In this document: positions 39,138-51,191 of the stretch, piece after piece
Layout: each line of letters opens with the position of its first letter
Position numbering within the stretch: the stretch's first letter is position 1
NCBI RefSeq assembly: GCF_006345805.1
Contig: NC_042997.1
Span: forward strand, 11,346,001 to 11,410,000
Direction of reading: 5' to 3'
DNA length: 64,000 nucleotides
From: Octopus sinensis
Taxonomy: Eukaryota
Notes under the pieces: generated by a model
What the model was told of the DNA's origin: nothing
The model's input: the letters and a program-made list of their open reading frames with translations, nothing else
Database searches by the model: none
Translations under genes and position numbers: made by a program

Positions 39138-40409
39138 GTAAACCAAGTTACTGTTTTTGTAGCTAGTGCTCTTACCGTTATTATTTGCTGTTGGGGACTG
39201 TCTTCTCTGATCCAGTACATATATGACCAAATGCTTCCCAACCATGATTACCTGTCTTTTTTGTTAGATATGAAGTTGCATGGCTTAGTGGTTAGAGTAG
39301 TTGGGCTCACAACCACGAAGTAGTGAGTTCGATTCTCAGCCCTGGCTGTGTTGTGTTCTTGAGCAAGACACTTTATTTCATGTTGCTTTAACTCATTCAG
39401 CTGTTGAAATGAGTTGCGATGTCACTGGTTCCAATCTATATCAACCTTTGCTTTTCCATGGAAAATTCGGTGGCGCGGAGAGGAGAGGCTGGTATGCAAG
39501 GGTGACTACTAGCCTTCTACAAAAACAACCCTGCCCAGACTTGTGCCTCAGAGAGGAATTTTCTAGGTGCAATCCCATGGTCATTCATGACTGAAGTGGG
39601 GTCTTTGTTAGATCAAAGACTTTATTTAATGCATATTTGTTTTAAGATAACAATGTTTTATGTTAGATTTAACTGTTATTTTCAGCACAGCTCTCTTACT
39701 AACTCAAGGTTACAAATTCTAACAGAGGGCTTTTGTTACTCACTAATTGTTACTTAGCCATAGGTCTGCCCTGATAGAGCAGAACTATTCTGTAAAGTGG
39801 TTGGCATTAGGAAGGGCATCCAGCTGTAGAACCCATACCAAAACAGACTATGGAACCTGGTGCAGACACTAGCTTGACAGTTCATGTCAAAACGACCAAC
39901 TCATGCCAGCATGGAAAACAGATGTTAAATGTTGATGTTGATGGTGATCATCATCATCGTTTAACGTCTGCTTTCCATGCTGGCATGGGTTGGACGATTT
40001 TGACTGAGGGCTGGCGAACCAGATTGCTGCACCAGGCTCCAATCTTGATCTGGCAGAGTTTCTACAGCTGAATGCCCTTCCTAATGCCAACCACTCCGAG
40101 AGTGTAGTGGGTGCTTTTAAGTGCCACCGGCACGGGGGCCAGTCAGGTGGTACTGGCCATGACCTCGCTCGAATCTTTTTACACATGCCATCAGCACAGG
40201 TGCCAGTAAGGCGATGCTGGTAATGATCATGCTCGAATGGTGCCCTTTTATGTGCCACCAGCAGGGAAGCCAGTTAGCCACTCTAGCAACGATCACGCTC
40301 GGATGGTGCTCTTGGCACCCTACTAGCACGGGCATATCCTATTTTTATGCTCTAGTAAGTTTATGATCCCACATAAACTCAGTTTCTACTCTGCTGCAAA
40401 TTTATGTAT

Positions 40410-40893
40410 TTTTGCGAAGACCTGTTGGGGCAAGTGAAATCGAAATCGGAATCGAAATTGAACCACTCCTATGACTGGCACCCGGCAGATGCCAGGACCC
40501 CTGGACTGGTGGTACGTAAAAAGCACTATCCGAATCGTGGCTGATGCCAGCGCCGCCTCGACTGGCTTCCGTGCCGGTGGCACGTAAAAAGCACCATCCG
40601 AATCGTGGCCGAAGCCAGTACTGCCTCGACTGGCTTCCGTGCCGGTGGCATGTAAAATGCACCAATCCGACCGTGGCCGTTGCCGCCTCGCCTGGCACCT
40701 GTGCGGGTGGCACGTAAAAAGCACCCACTACACTCACAGAGTGGTTGGCGTTAGGAAGGGCATCCAGCTGTAGAAACATTGCCAGATAAGACCGGAGCCT
40801 GGTGCAGCCTTCTGGCTTCCCAGACCCCAGTTGAACCGTCCAACCCATGCTAGCATGGAGAACGGACGTTAAACGATGATGATGATGATGATG
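40410..40893 (+). mobile_element. Repeat family D with (GAT)n tail (LINE-dependent; representative copy)
   Basis: GTGGTTGGCGTTAGGAAGGGCATCCAGC..CCATGCTAGCATGGA..(GAT)n. Other copies ~15960-16083, 18655-19145, 20705-20860, 26303-26470, 32940-33346, 33700-34110, 34630-34832, 37790-38530, 39786-40330, 63975-64000. Confidence 0.8.
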
Positions 40894-41976
40894 TAAGGGT
40901 TGTTGACAGGAAGAGCATCTAACTAAAAAGAAAAAAAAACGCCTCAAATAAATCTCCAAGTGCAGGTGTGGCTATGTGATAAAAAGTTTGCTTCAGGAAA
41001 GAATGATTGCCCCCCCCCCATTAATCATCATTTTCATTTTCCATTTCATATATCATTATGTCTGTGTCCAGCCTGCAGCTTCCTTTCTCTATGTAAGGCC
41101 TTTATGGCCAATATAATGAAATAAAGAAGTTTGCTTCACAACCACATGGTTTTGGATTTAAATCCTACTGTGTGGTACCTTAGCCAAATGTGCCATCTAT
41201 TATACCCTTGGACTGACCAAAGCTTTGTGAGTGGATTTGGTATACATACAGAAACTGAAAGAAGCCCATTGTGTGTGTATGTCTTTGTTTGTCCTCCTCC
41301 ATCATGGCTTGAAAGTCGGTATTGGTGTGTTTACATCCCTGTAACTTAGCTGTTTGGCAAAAGCAACTGATAGAATAAGTACCAGGTTTTAAAAAAAAAA
41401 TTGATGTACTGGGATTGATTCATTCAGTTAAAGATTCTTGAAGGTGGTGTCCCAGCAAAGAAATTGGGCATAAAATGAATATATATTGAGCTGATTTGGT
41501 TGATACTCTTTTACTTGTTTCAGTCATTGACTGTGGCCATGCTGGAACACCACCTGAACCTGGAACCATGTGGTTCGTAAGCAAGCTACTTACCACACAG
41601 CCACTCCTACGCCTATATGATGTCTTCATTTTTGTATAATATTTGTTTTTATTGTATTTTATTATTGAGTGAGAGGGCAGTGCATGCCATCAAAGTGACA
41701 CTGGGGTAAAATATACGAAGCCCAGCATACCCATCATGACTACCCGTCTGATAAGGGTACACCAGGCACATGCATCACAACCATATGTGTACGACATTGG
41801 TGATCTCATATCAAGATAAACAGCATATGACCTTGCAGGTGGGGCCCAGTTAGAATTTTCTTCAGGTCGAGTAACTCATCCCACTCGAAAGGTCCCTGAA
41901 TAAGGGTTGTTTAAGGATGTTGAACGAAACACCCATGTTTCCAGAGGTGAATTATTCAAACCCCAAAGAATCCCTC

Positions 41977-42013
<37 letters not shown>

Positions 42014-42032
42014 TTCTTTTTGTTTGTTGTAG

Positions 42033-42223
42033 ATTTGGTCCAAGATTTCCATCTGTATCAAAAGCTTATAATCTAGAATATCGTAAACTTGCTCGTCAAA
42101 TTGCAGAAGAACTAGGATATTCTCAATATCTGCGAGAAGGTGTTTATTGTTCTCTTGGTGGCCCTACATATGAAACTGTAACTGAATGTCTTTTCCTTAG
42201 GAACGCTGGAGCCGATGCCGTTG
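42033..42223 (+). CDS. PNP: PNP internal coding exon (191 nt)
   Basis: ttgtag|A TTT GGT...GTT G|gtaagt gives FGPRFPSVSKAYNLEYRKLARQIAEELGYSQYLREGVYCSLGGPTYETVTECLFLRNAGADAV(G). GPTYET contains the Glu201 equivalent. Overlaps ORF 41917..42291. Confidence 0.96.
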
Positions 42224-42894
42224 GTAAGTTTCTTTCAAGTTTAGTCCTGGTACATTCTATCTTGTTTCGAAATTACAAACATACTAAATGAACAGAAGTT
42301 AAAAATCTGAAAGATCAAAATTATTAATAATAGATACCAATGAAGATGTGCTAGTGGCACGTAGAGGGCACATGTGCCAGTGACACGAAAGGCACCCATG
42401 CTGGCGACACGTAAAAGGTATGTGTGCCAGTGACACAGCCAGTATCATCACTATCACCTTTGTCATCCACAGCACTTTTAACCAAGCCTTCTTCCCTTGT
42501 TGATTTTCCTCTGCCACTGGTTTTTTCCACTCACTGAATGTGGTATATTTTTTTTTACCTAACACTTAATGTTTATATACTTACCATGTCTATATCTGTT
42601 TCTTTATTGCCCACAAGGGGCTAAACATAGAGGGGACAAACAAGGACAGACAAACGGATTAAGTCGATTACATCGACCCCAGTGCGTAACTGGTACTTAA
42701 TTTATCGACCCTGAAAGGATGAAAGGCATAGTCGACCTCGGCGGAATTTGAACTCAGAACGCAACGACAGACGCAATACCGCTAAGCATTTCGCCCGGTG
42801 TGCTAACGTTTCTGCCAGCTCACCTACCATGTCTATATTTATGTAGTTGTCTCCCTTGCATGAGTCAGCTTACATTAAAATTCCCAGAAAATCA

Positions 42895-42929
<35 letters not shown>

Positions 42930-43124
42930 CACTTGTTTTCCATCTTGCCAGTATATCAGCATCTTCATCATTTGGCATCTGTTTTCCAAGCTGGAAAATG
43001 GTTAGATGGTTTGACTGGAACTGAAGCTGGAGAGCTATACTAGGCTCCAGTCTATTTTGGCTTGGTTTTTATGGCTGGATGTCCTTCCTACCACCAACCA
43101 ATCATGTTACTAGCATGAGTGCCC

Positions 43125-43600
43125 TTAATGGGTCACTAGCGAGAGTGCCCTTAACGTGTCACTGACACAGCTGCACCTAGTGTGTGACCGGCGTGGGTGC
43201 TAACGTGTCACTGGCACAGCTGCCCCTAGTGTGTGACTGGCATGGGTGCCCCCAGTTTACGGCTGGCGCGGGTGCCCCCAGCGTGTGTGCGGCTGGCGTG
43301 GGCATCCCCAGCATGCAGCCGGCGTGGGTGTCCCCAGCATGTGGCCAGCGCAGGTGCCCCCAGCGTGCGGCCGGCACAGGTACCCCCAGCGTGAGGCTGG
43401 CTCAGGTGCCCCCAGCATGCGGCTGGCTCAGGTGCTCTCAGCGTGCAGCTGGTGAGGGTGCCCCCAGCATGCGGCCGGTGTGGCTGACCCCAATGTGCGG
43501 CTAGTGGTGGTGCCCCTCCCTCCAAGCGTGTTGATGGCCCGGGAGCCCCTAGCATGTGGCCGGCATTGTTGCCGTTAATGTGTCACTGGCACAGGTGCCC
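43125..43600. repeat. GC-rich ~26-bp minisatellite GTGCCCCCAGCRTGCGGCYGGCNNRG
   Basis: About 16 diverged tandem units in the last PNP intron. Confidence 0.85.
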
Positions 43601-43736
43601 ACAAGTTCCCTTTATTTATTAATAACACTGGTGTCTTTTACATGTCATCTTTGACAGCTATATATTTCTATTTCCTGAAACTTTGCAGGCATTCTTTTGT
43701 ACATGAATGAATCAATTACTCAATCTTTACTTTCAG

Positions 43737-43939
43737 GTATGAGCACTTGTCCTGAAGTGATTGTAGCAGCGCATGCCTCCATGAAAGTATTTGGTTTATC
43801 TCTCATCACAAATAAAAGCGTCATGGAATATGACAGTGAGAAAGCTGCAAACCATGAAGAAGTTTTAGAGACTGGCAAGAAACAAGCATGCTTACTATTG
43901 AAGTTTATCTCTACAATTATCACCAAAATGAATGTTTAG
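43737..43939 (+). CDS. PNP: PNP last coding exon (203 nt to TAG)
   Basis: tttcag|GT ATG AGC...GTT TAG gives (G)MSTCPEVIVAAHASMKVFGLSLITNKSVMEYDSEKAANHEEVLETGKKQACLLLKFISTIITKMNV*, with GMST, TNK (Asn243) and NHEEV (His257). Confidence 0.96.
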
Positions 43940-44684
43940 AAAGTGAGGTCTATTGGTGTAGTGTTAATTTTAACAAGTCCTAAGTTTAGATGTAAGTGAT
44001 GGATCTTCCTTCACAGTAATGTGTATGTGTGTGTGTATATATATATTTAATATAGGCAGTGCGCTATATATATATAATATAGGGTGTGCGCTATATATAT
44101 ATATATATATAATATAGGCGGTGTCTATATGTATATATGATACACACATAACTAGAGTATTATATATAAGATCTTCTTGTCATTTCTGGGAAAGCATTAT
44201 CCATTGCTGAATTTTGTGAATATTATATCAGATGTGAAATCGGTTATAATGTCAATTGCTAAGAACATATATTTATTTTTGATAGTTAATAAGAAAGAAA
44301 AATTTAAACGTGCATCATCTATGTGGTTCTCTCTCTGTTTGTCTATCATCTATCTTGTCTGTCTGTCTGTCTATCCTGTCTGTCTTATCTATCCTATCTC
44401 TCTCACCTATGTTTGAATGTGAAGAAGCTAATTTTAAATAAATATAGACAAATATTTACTGAATCAAACTATAATGATGATAATTGAGAAACATGGCCAC
44501 TGACCACAGCACTTGACCAGTACTTTTATTCTTTTGACCCTGAAGGGATAAAAGGCAATGTTGTCTTTGGTGAGATGTAGAGATAGTATAGATAGCTAAG
44601 GTAGCAAAGCAAGAACAATGGACTTTTACCTGTCTCGAAGCCCTTCTGGCATTGACTTTACCGGTTATTTGTTCTGTATATGAT

Positions 44685-44690
44685 AATAAA
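44685..44690 (+). terminator. Candidate PNP polyadenylation signal AATAAA
   Basis: AATAAA ~750 nt after the stop codon, followed by a T/GT-rich stretch near 44760-44780. Another AATAAA lies at 44437. Confidence 0.4.
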
Positions 44691-45619
44691 CACTTGTAAT
44701 ATCTCAGGACCAGTTCACTGAATTGTACTCATTCAAAATAAATCATTATAATTATTATTTTGAATTTTTTATTGTTTGTTGTGGAGTATAGAAGATAAAT
44801 GGCAAATGGATGCAGCTGTTTGGGTGCAGGTGATTTGGCACAGATAACTGTTTTGGTGATGTTTTTTTTTTGTTCTATGTTGCAACAGTACTTTTTGGCA
44901 TTGGAGATGAGACAAACATATGCATGTACATACAGAAACACACATACAGATAGATCTTTTATCTTTTACTTCTTTCAGTTACTAGGCTGTGGCCATTCTG
45001 GGGTACTACTTTGAAAAATTTTAGTTGAACAAATCGATCCCAGTACTTAATTTTGTTTTTTAAGCCTTGCTCTCTTTTGCCAAACCATTAACTTACAAGG
45101 ACTTAAACCCACCAACACCGGTTGTCAAGCAGTGGTGGGGCACAAACACAATCACATACACATATACAATGGGCTTTTAGTTTCTGTTTCCCAAATCCAT
45201 TCATAGCGCTTTGGTCGGCCTGAGGTTATAGTAGAAGCTACTTGTCCAAGATGCTACACAGTGGGATTGAACGTGGAATCATGTCGTTGGGAAGCAAATT
45301 TCTTACCACACAGCCACGCCTGCGCCTGATACAGAGACTGATTAAATAAAGGAAAGCCAAAAGTTAAATAATGTTTAGTATTCGAGTAGCTTCGTAGTAG
45401 TGATTGAAAATTCGTTGCCAACAAGAATAAAAACAAAATTATCACAGTGTCAAAAGATCTTTGAAACAAAAGGTCTTGGGGTCAAATAAGTCAGCGTCGA
45501 ATCAGCGACACTAGATAAGTGCGGCCAAAACATCTGTGCAATTGGGTTTCTACTTTTGGCTGCCTCTCGTCTTTTGAATTAAAACCATCCAATGACTGTC
45601 CTGCCTCAATACATTTTTA

Positions 45620-46799
45620 TAAGGTGCATTCCAGAAATTTTGAAACTTTTTTGGACTGTCCTAGATTATTGTAATTTTGGCGTATCGTTGAAAACAATTT
45701 GTGTTAAAGTGGGCCAAAACACTACAGAAACATGAAATGTTCCAGACTGCTTATGGATTAATTTGTATGAACCGGGTATCTGTTTTTCGTTGGTACAAGA
45801 GGTTCAAGGACAGTAGAAAGAAGATGAAAGACGACGTGGAAGGGAGAGGGTTGACAGAACATCAGAGCTGGTTAAGGAAATTCGCTGTTTTCCGGATAAG
45901 GTCATTGTGTGTCTGTACAGACAGTAAACATACAGTTTGGAATTGGTGCGGCAACTGTACACAAAATTATTCATGAAGGTCTGAATGTGCATAAAACTTG
46001 TGCAAAGTTTGTTGCTAGGGTGGTCTGTGACGAAGAGAAGGATGGACGCTTTGGTGACAGCAGGGGGTGATTGAGCTCATTACCTCCAATCCAAGCGTAC
46101 ATGAGTCTCTTGTGACCTTTGACAAAAGCTGGATCTTTTGATATGATTCACAGGCCAAGAGATAGTGCCCAGCGGAAGAGTCCTGACACATCCAGACGCA
46201 AAAAGGACAAGCAAAACAAGTCCTCCGGGGAGCTCATGATAATCTACGTTTTTGACAGTAAGAGCATCCAGATTATAGAAGTTTTGTGCAAGTTGAGGAA
46301 GCGATTTCGTCGCAAAAAAGGCCAGAGCTCTTCCACTTGGGTTGGTACTACCTGCACCAAGACGATGTTTTGGTCGGCCTGAGGTTGCAGTAGAAGCTAC
46401 TTGCCCAAAGTGCCACGCAGTGAGATTGAACGTGGAACCATGTGGTTGGAAAGCAATTCCATTCTGGTAAGGTAACCAACTGTTTGGGCAGAGATGATCA
46501 CCCAGGCTATTCCTCACCCTCCCTACAATCCAGACCTTGCACCCTGTAATTTTTGGTCGTTCACCAAGCTGAAGGAGAACCGCAGGACAAGTCGTTTTGA
46601 AGACATTGAGATGAAGGACGCTGTGACAAGGGTCCTGGAATCTTCCCTTTGGAGGATTTCTACGGAGCCTCCACGAAGTGCCTGGAGCGCTACAAGTGCA
46701 TTGAAGTCAAAGGATCCTACTTTGAAGATTAGGGTTTTGTAATTCTTTGAAATTAATGTCTCGCGTGAAAAAGTTTCAAAACCCCTGGAATGTATCTTG
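45620..46799 (+). mobile_element. Decayed mariner element with SINE fragment inside
   Basis: Imperfect TIRs (AAGGTGCATTCCAG..TTTGAAACT) flanked by TA; RWYKRFK, CAKFV, HPPYNPDLAPCNF motifs. SINE piece at ~46365-46460. Confidence 0.8.
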
Positions 46800-46939
46800 T
46801 ACGTATATAGGATGTTCTGGTTAAACGTGACAGTTTGCATAAAAGGGACAAAAACACAATATCCCATCCCCAAAATAGAAGTATTTTAATCAGTCAAGAA
46901 ATATCAACTTGATTATGGCTAGGAGATAACAGTTTACTT

Positions 46940-48193
46940 AAAGTAGCTGCCCTCAGGTTCTACCAAGCCCTCAAAACGGCTCCGGAATCTGACACATGCG
47001 TTGCTCACTGTGACTCTGGGAAGATTTTCGAACATCTCCTTGATCTTGGCCACTAATTCGGCCTCAGTTTTGCAGTCAGGGCAGATGGTATCCTTCTCAA
47101 CAGTGCGCCACACATAGTGATCTATGAGATTACAACCGAGGGAATTTGGAGGCTAGAAATTGTGACCCGTGAAATCGTAGAAAATCTCCGAAAACCACTT
47201 TTGACTCTTTCCTGACGTATGGCACGGAATCAAATCCTGCTGTCACACATATGGCCTTCCACTACCAATCCTCTCCAGCCAGAGATTGACCAGTCTCCAA
47301 TAAGCTTTACATTATCATATGAATTGAGTCTAAGGTCCTGTTCAACGATGTGCGGTGACATGACGTCACTGGAGATAGACCCAAAGACCATCATCTTCCT
47401 GCTGGCCAAGGATTCGTATTCTCAATTGCAGCTGCACATGTCACGTCTTACACTCTTCACAATGTTCGTAGAGCACTGAACTGCAGTCAAAATGTCATCA
47501 TTTTCGTACTTGGCGCGAATCATCGTGATACGAGTAATTCCTTTCCAATTTCGGGGCGTCCTGAGGGAAGATCTAGATAGATAGGCGTAGGAGTAGCTAT
47601 GTGGTAAGTAGCTTGCTTACCAACCACATGGTTCCGGGTTCAGTCCCACTGCGTGGCACCTTGGGCAAGTGTCTTCTACTATAGCCTCGGGCCGACCAAA
47701 GCCTTGTGAGTGGATTTGGCAGACGGAAACTGAAAGAAGCCCGTCGTATATATGTATATATGTGTGTGTGTGTGTGTATATGTTTGTGTGTCTGTGTTTG
47801 TCCCGCCCCCAACATCACTTGACAACCGATGCTGGCGTGTTTACATCCCCGTAACTTAGCGGTTCGGCAAAAGAGGCCGATAGAATAAGTACTAGGCTTA
47901 CAAAGAATAAGTCCTGGGGTCGATTTGCTCGACTAAAGGCGGTGCTCCAGCATGGTCACAGTCAAATGACTGAAACAAGTAAAAGAGTAAAGAGTAGATA
48001 GATAGATAGATAGATAGATAGATACATTTTCCAGCCTTTAGATGACTTCCAGTCTTACATGTCTGCTAATTTTTTTCTCAACTACAATTTTAACCTTTAC
48101 GCTCTCCAACGCCATTGACTGTTCACCAATAAATCAAGCTGGTCTTGAAAAAGGTGACATGATAAAATTGTCAAATTTAGCTAGAACACCCTG
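46940..48193 (-). mobile_element. Tc1/mariner-family remnant split by a SINE
   Basis: Minus-strand PPNSLGCNLIDHYVW and QQD remnants; TIR-like end CACCCTGTA near 48193; SINE at 47583-47995. Confidence 0.55.
47583..47995 (+). mobile_element. SINE family B (abundant; representative copy)
   Basis: Head GGAGTRGCTRTGTGGTAAGTAGCTTGCT..GGGTTCAGTCCC, internal CA/TA microsatellite, tail GAAACAAGTAAAAGAG. Other copies ~6621-7014(+), 11075-11600(-), 17262-17421(+), 18421-18650(-), 21628-22070(-), 29206-29706(+), 30604-31010(-), 32281-32823(-), 34903-35293(+), 44965-45328(-), 48241-48635(-), 51585-51975(-), 54146-54485(-). Confidence 0.85.
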
Positions 48194-48208
48194 TATATAT
48201 ATGACCAA

Positions 48209-48240
<32 letters not shown>

Positions 48241-50551
48241 TACTCTTTTACTTGTTTCATTCGTGACTGTGGCCATGCTGGAGCACCGCCTTTAGTCGAG
48301 CAAATCGACCCCAGGACTTATACTTTGTAAGCTTATTAATTATTCTATCGGTCTGTTTTGTTGAACCGCTAAGTTACGGGGACGTAGACACACCAGCATC
48401 GGTTGTCAAGCGATGTTGGGGACACAAACACAGACACACAAATATACACAAACACGTACATACATACATACATATATACGACAGGCTTCTTTCAGTTTCC
48501 GTCTACCAAATCCACTCACAAGGCTTTAGTCGGCCCGAGGCTATAGTAGAAGACACTTGCCCAAGATGCCACGCAGTGGGACTGAACCCGGAACCATGTG
48601 GTTCTTAAGCAAGCTACTTACCACACAGCCACTCCAACAACAATAATAATAAGGATTATTACGAAGATGCATAACATTACCTTTAATTCTTTTTACACAC
48701 ACATACACACACATACACACACATTAAAAGAATTAGAAAGTGTGAGCTAGTCTGACAAACAGAAAACTTGCTAGTGTAGTTAGTTACCTGTTAATCAATC
48801 ATTTGTTTTTACCTGTCATTGTAATCCAGTTTCACATATTGAGTATTAGTGTTGAAACCTTAAAAGTAAAAAGAAGTACCCCCATACCTCACATCATACT
48901 CTTCATCATCATCGTCATCGTTACTATTGCGATCTGTATGTCTGTCCGTTTGTCTGCTGGTCGGTTATCCGATGGTCTTGTCAATTAAGCTCTGACTGCA
49001 TGTATTTTTTTTCTTTCTGTTGTATTTATGTATCTATATGTTTTGTGAGAAGTGTGATGTGTATTTGTGTAAGCGTGTCTGTGTGTATTCGTGTGTGTGT
49101 GTGTGCATATATGTTCTGTTCGAACTGTTTTTATTTATTAATTAACCAAAGAGGCAATGTCAACCTTTGAAGCCCTCCTAGATCGGAGAAATCGATGAGG
49201 TTGACATTCTATTTGAACAAAAGTGGTTTGACGGTTCGTGAAGAAGAAAAGCTACAACCTAACTCACTCGATAAAAAAATCACGGGCATTCCATATGAAC
49301 AAATGTAGTTTTAAAATGCCGAAGTAAATTAAAAAAAAAACGTGGGCCTGGGAAGAATTCTGAAGGTTTGAATGTTTTAGGGAAAACGTGAACCTCGAGA
49401 CAATTATTGAGTTTTCTACAATTCTCATGAAGAACGTGGACCTGGGGAGAATTGTTAGGAAAAACATGGACATGGAAAGAATTCTAGAAACTTATAGCTT
49501 TCAGGAAAAACGTGAACCTTGAGGGAATTTTTTTAGGTGTGAAGCTTTCAAGATGAACGTGGGATCTGTTAAGAATTCTAGAATTCTTGTGAGGAAGGAT
49601 TGAGATTAATGTAGAGTTTAAAGAATGTCTTTAGCCTTCGCATTTCCTTCCAGCTCGGTGAAATCGATACGGTCGACATTCTGTTTGGACAAGAATAGTT
49701 CGATGTTGCAGGACAGGACAGTACAGCCAGGTTGACATGTGGACATGCAGGAGAGAGACACATACACTAAGTGGGCTGTTGAAGTGAGATAGTATACAAC
49801 AAATTGGTTTAGAAGAAAGGCTGGCATAGCAGCAGCAGCAGCAGCAAAGGAAGAAAGAACAGTTATTGTGGAAAAATAGTGAAATCTAGAATTTGTAAAG
49901 TTTATGAAGGTTTCCTTCATTTATTTATCTAATAAATTTAGATGCTTGTGTAAAACTGGTAAGCTACATGTCATATCCTTATATAAAAGAAAAAAGAACC
50001 AAAAAGAAAATGAAAAAGAAATACAGATAGATAACCATTAAATGTTTCTGCTTTAGCATTTGGCAGCTTCCATGAATTGGAACTTATTTACGAGTGGTGG
50101 GTCTTTGAAAATAAATTGCACTCCTAACTTTGGTAGCCTTTTTCAAGGTCATTTTTAAAATATCCTCTCTCTGAGGGTGATATTTGAAATGGAAACATGC
50201 CGGGCTAAATTCATTAGCGGCGTTTCGTCCGTCTGTATGCCCTGAGTTCAAAATCCGCCATGGTCGATTTTGCCTTTCACCCCTTTCAGCTCGATAAAAT
50301 AAATACTAGTTGAGCACTGGGGTTGATCTAATCGATTTACTCCCACCCACGAACTTTCTAGCCTTGTGCCAAAATTTGAAGCCAGTATTTTAATTAGAAC
50401 AAATAATGTCCGTAAGTTTCTGAATAGTCTGTCTAAAAGCAGAAAGTTATCTCATCCGACCTTATCGTGATAGAATGTATTTAAAGGAATATGGTCCGTT
50501 CAAAGCTAACAAACTTTTTGTTAACCTTGCTCAGTAACTGTATGTATCTCT

Positions 50552-50585
<34 letters not shown>

Positions 50586-50813
50586 ATTATGTCAACAGAA
50601 TTAAAGTTTGTTAAGCTTACTTCGGCTTACATCTCTCTCGCTCTCTGATACTTTTTCATACGTTGATAAATCTGGCTGAGATAATGAACGATTAAAGTTT
50701 AATAATTTATCTTTTGTCTTGCTTATCAATTGAGAGGGCGCAATATAAGTATAACGGCTATATTTTGATGCTGTCTCAAGTGCCTAGTTTGACATGTTAC
50801 TACTTGAAGAATT

Positions 50814-51191
50814 AGGAGGCGCAATGGCCCAGTGGTTAGGGCAGCGGACTCGCGGTCGTAGGATCGCGGTTTCGATTCCCAGACCGAGTGTTTTTTGAGC
50901 GAAAACACCTAAAGCTCCACGAGGCTCCGGCAGGGGATGGTGGTGATCCCTGCTGTACTCTTTCACCACAACTTTCTCTCACTCTTACTTCCTGTTTCTG
51001 TTGTACCTGTATTTCAAAGGGCCGGCCTTGTCACTCTCTGCGTCACGCTGAATATCCCCGAGAACTACGTTAAGGGTGCACGTGTCTGTCGAGTGCTCAG
51101 CCACTTACACGTTAATTTCACGAGCAGGCTGTTCCGTTGATTCGGATCAACCGGAACCCTCATCGTCGTAACCGACGGAGTGCTTCCATCC
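50814..51191 (+). mobile_element. SINE family A copy
   Basis: TSD ACTTGAAGAATT (50802-13, 51192-203). Confidence 0.9.

Noticed and set aside
49288-49308. IPYEQM resembling the PNP exon start IPYEKV
   Set aside because: Only four residues, followed by a stop and no further similarity; probably chance.
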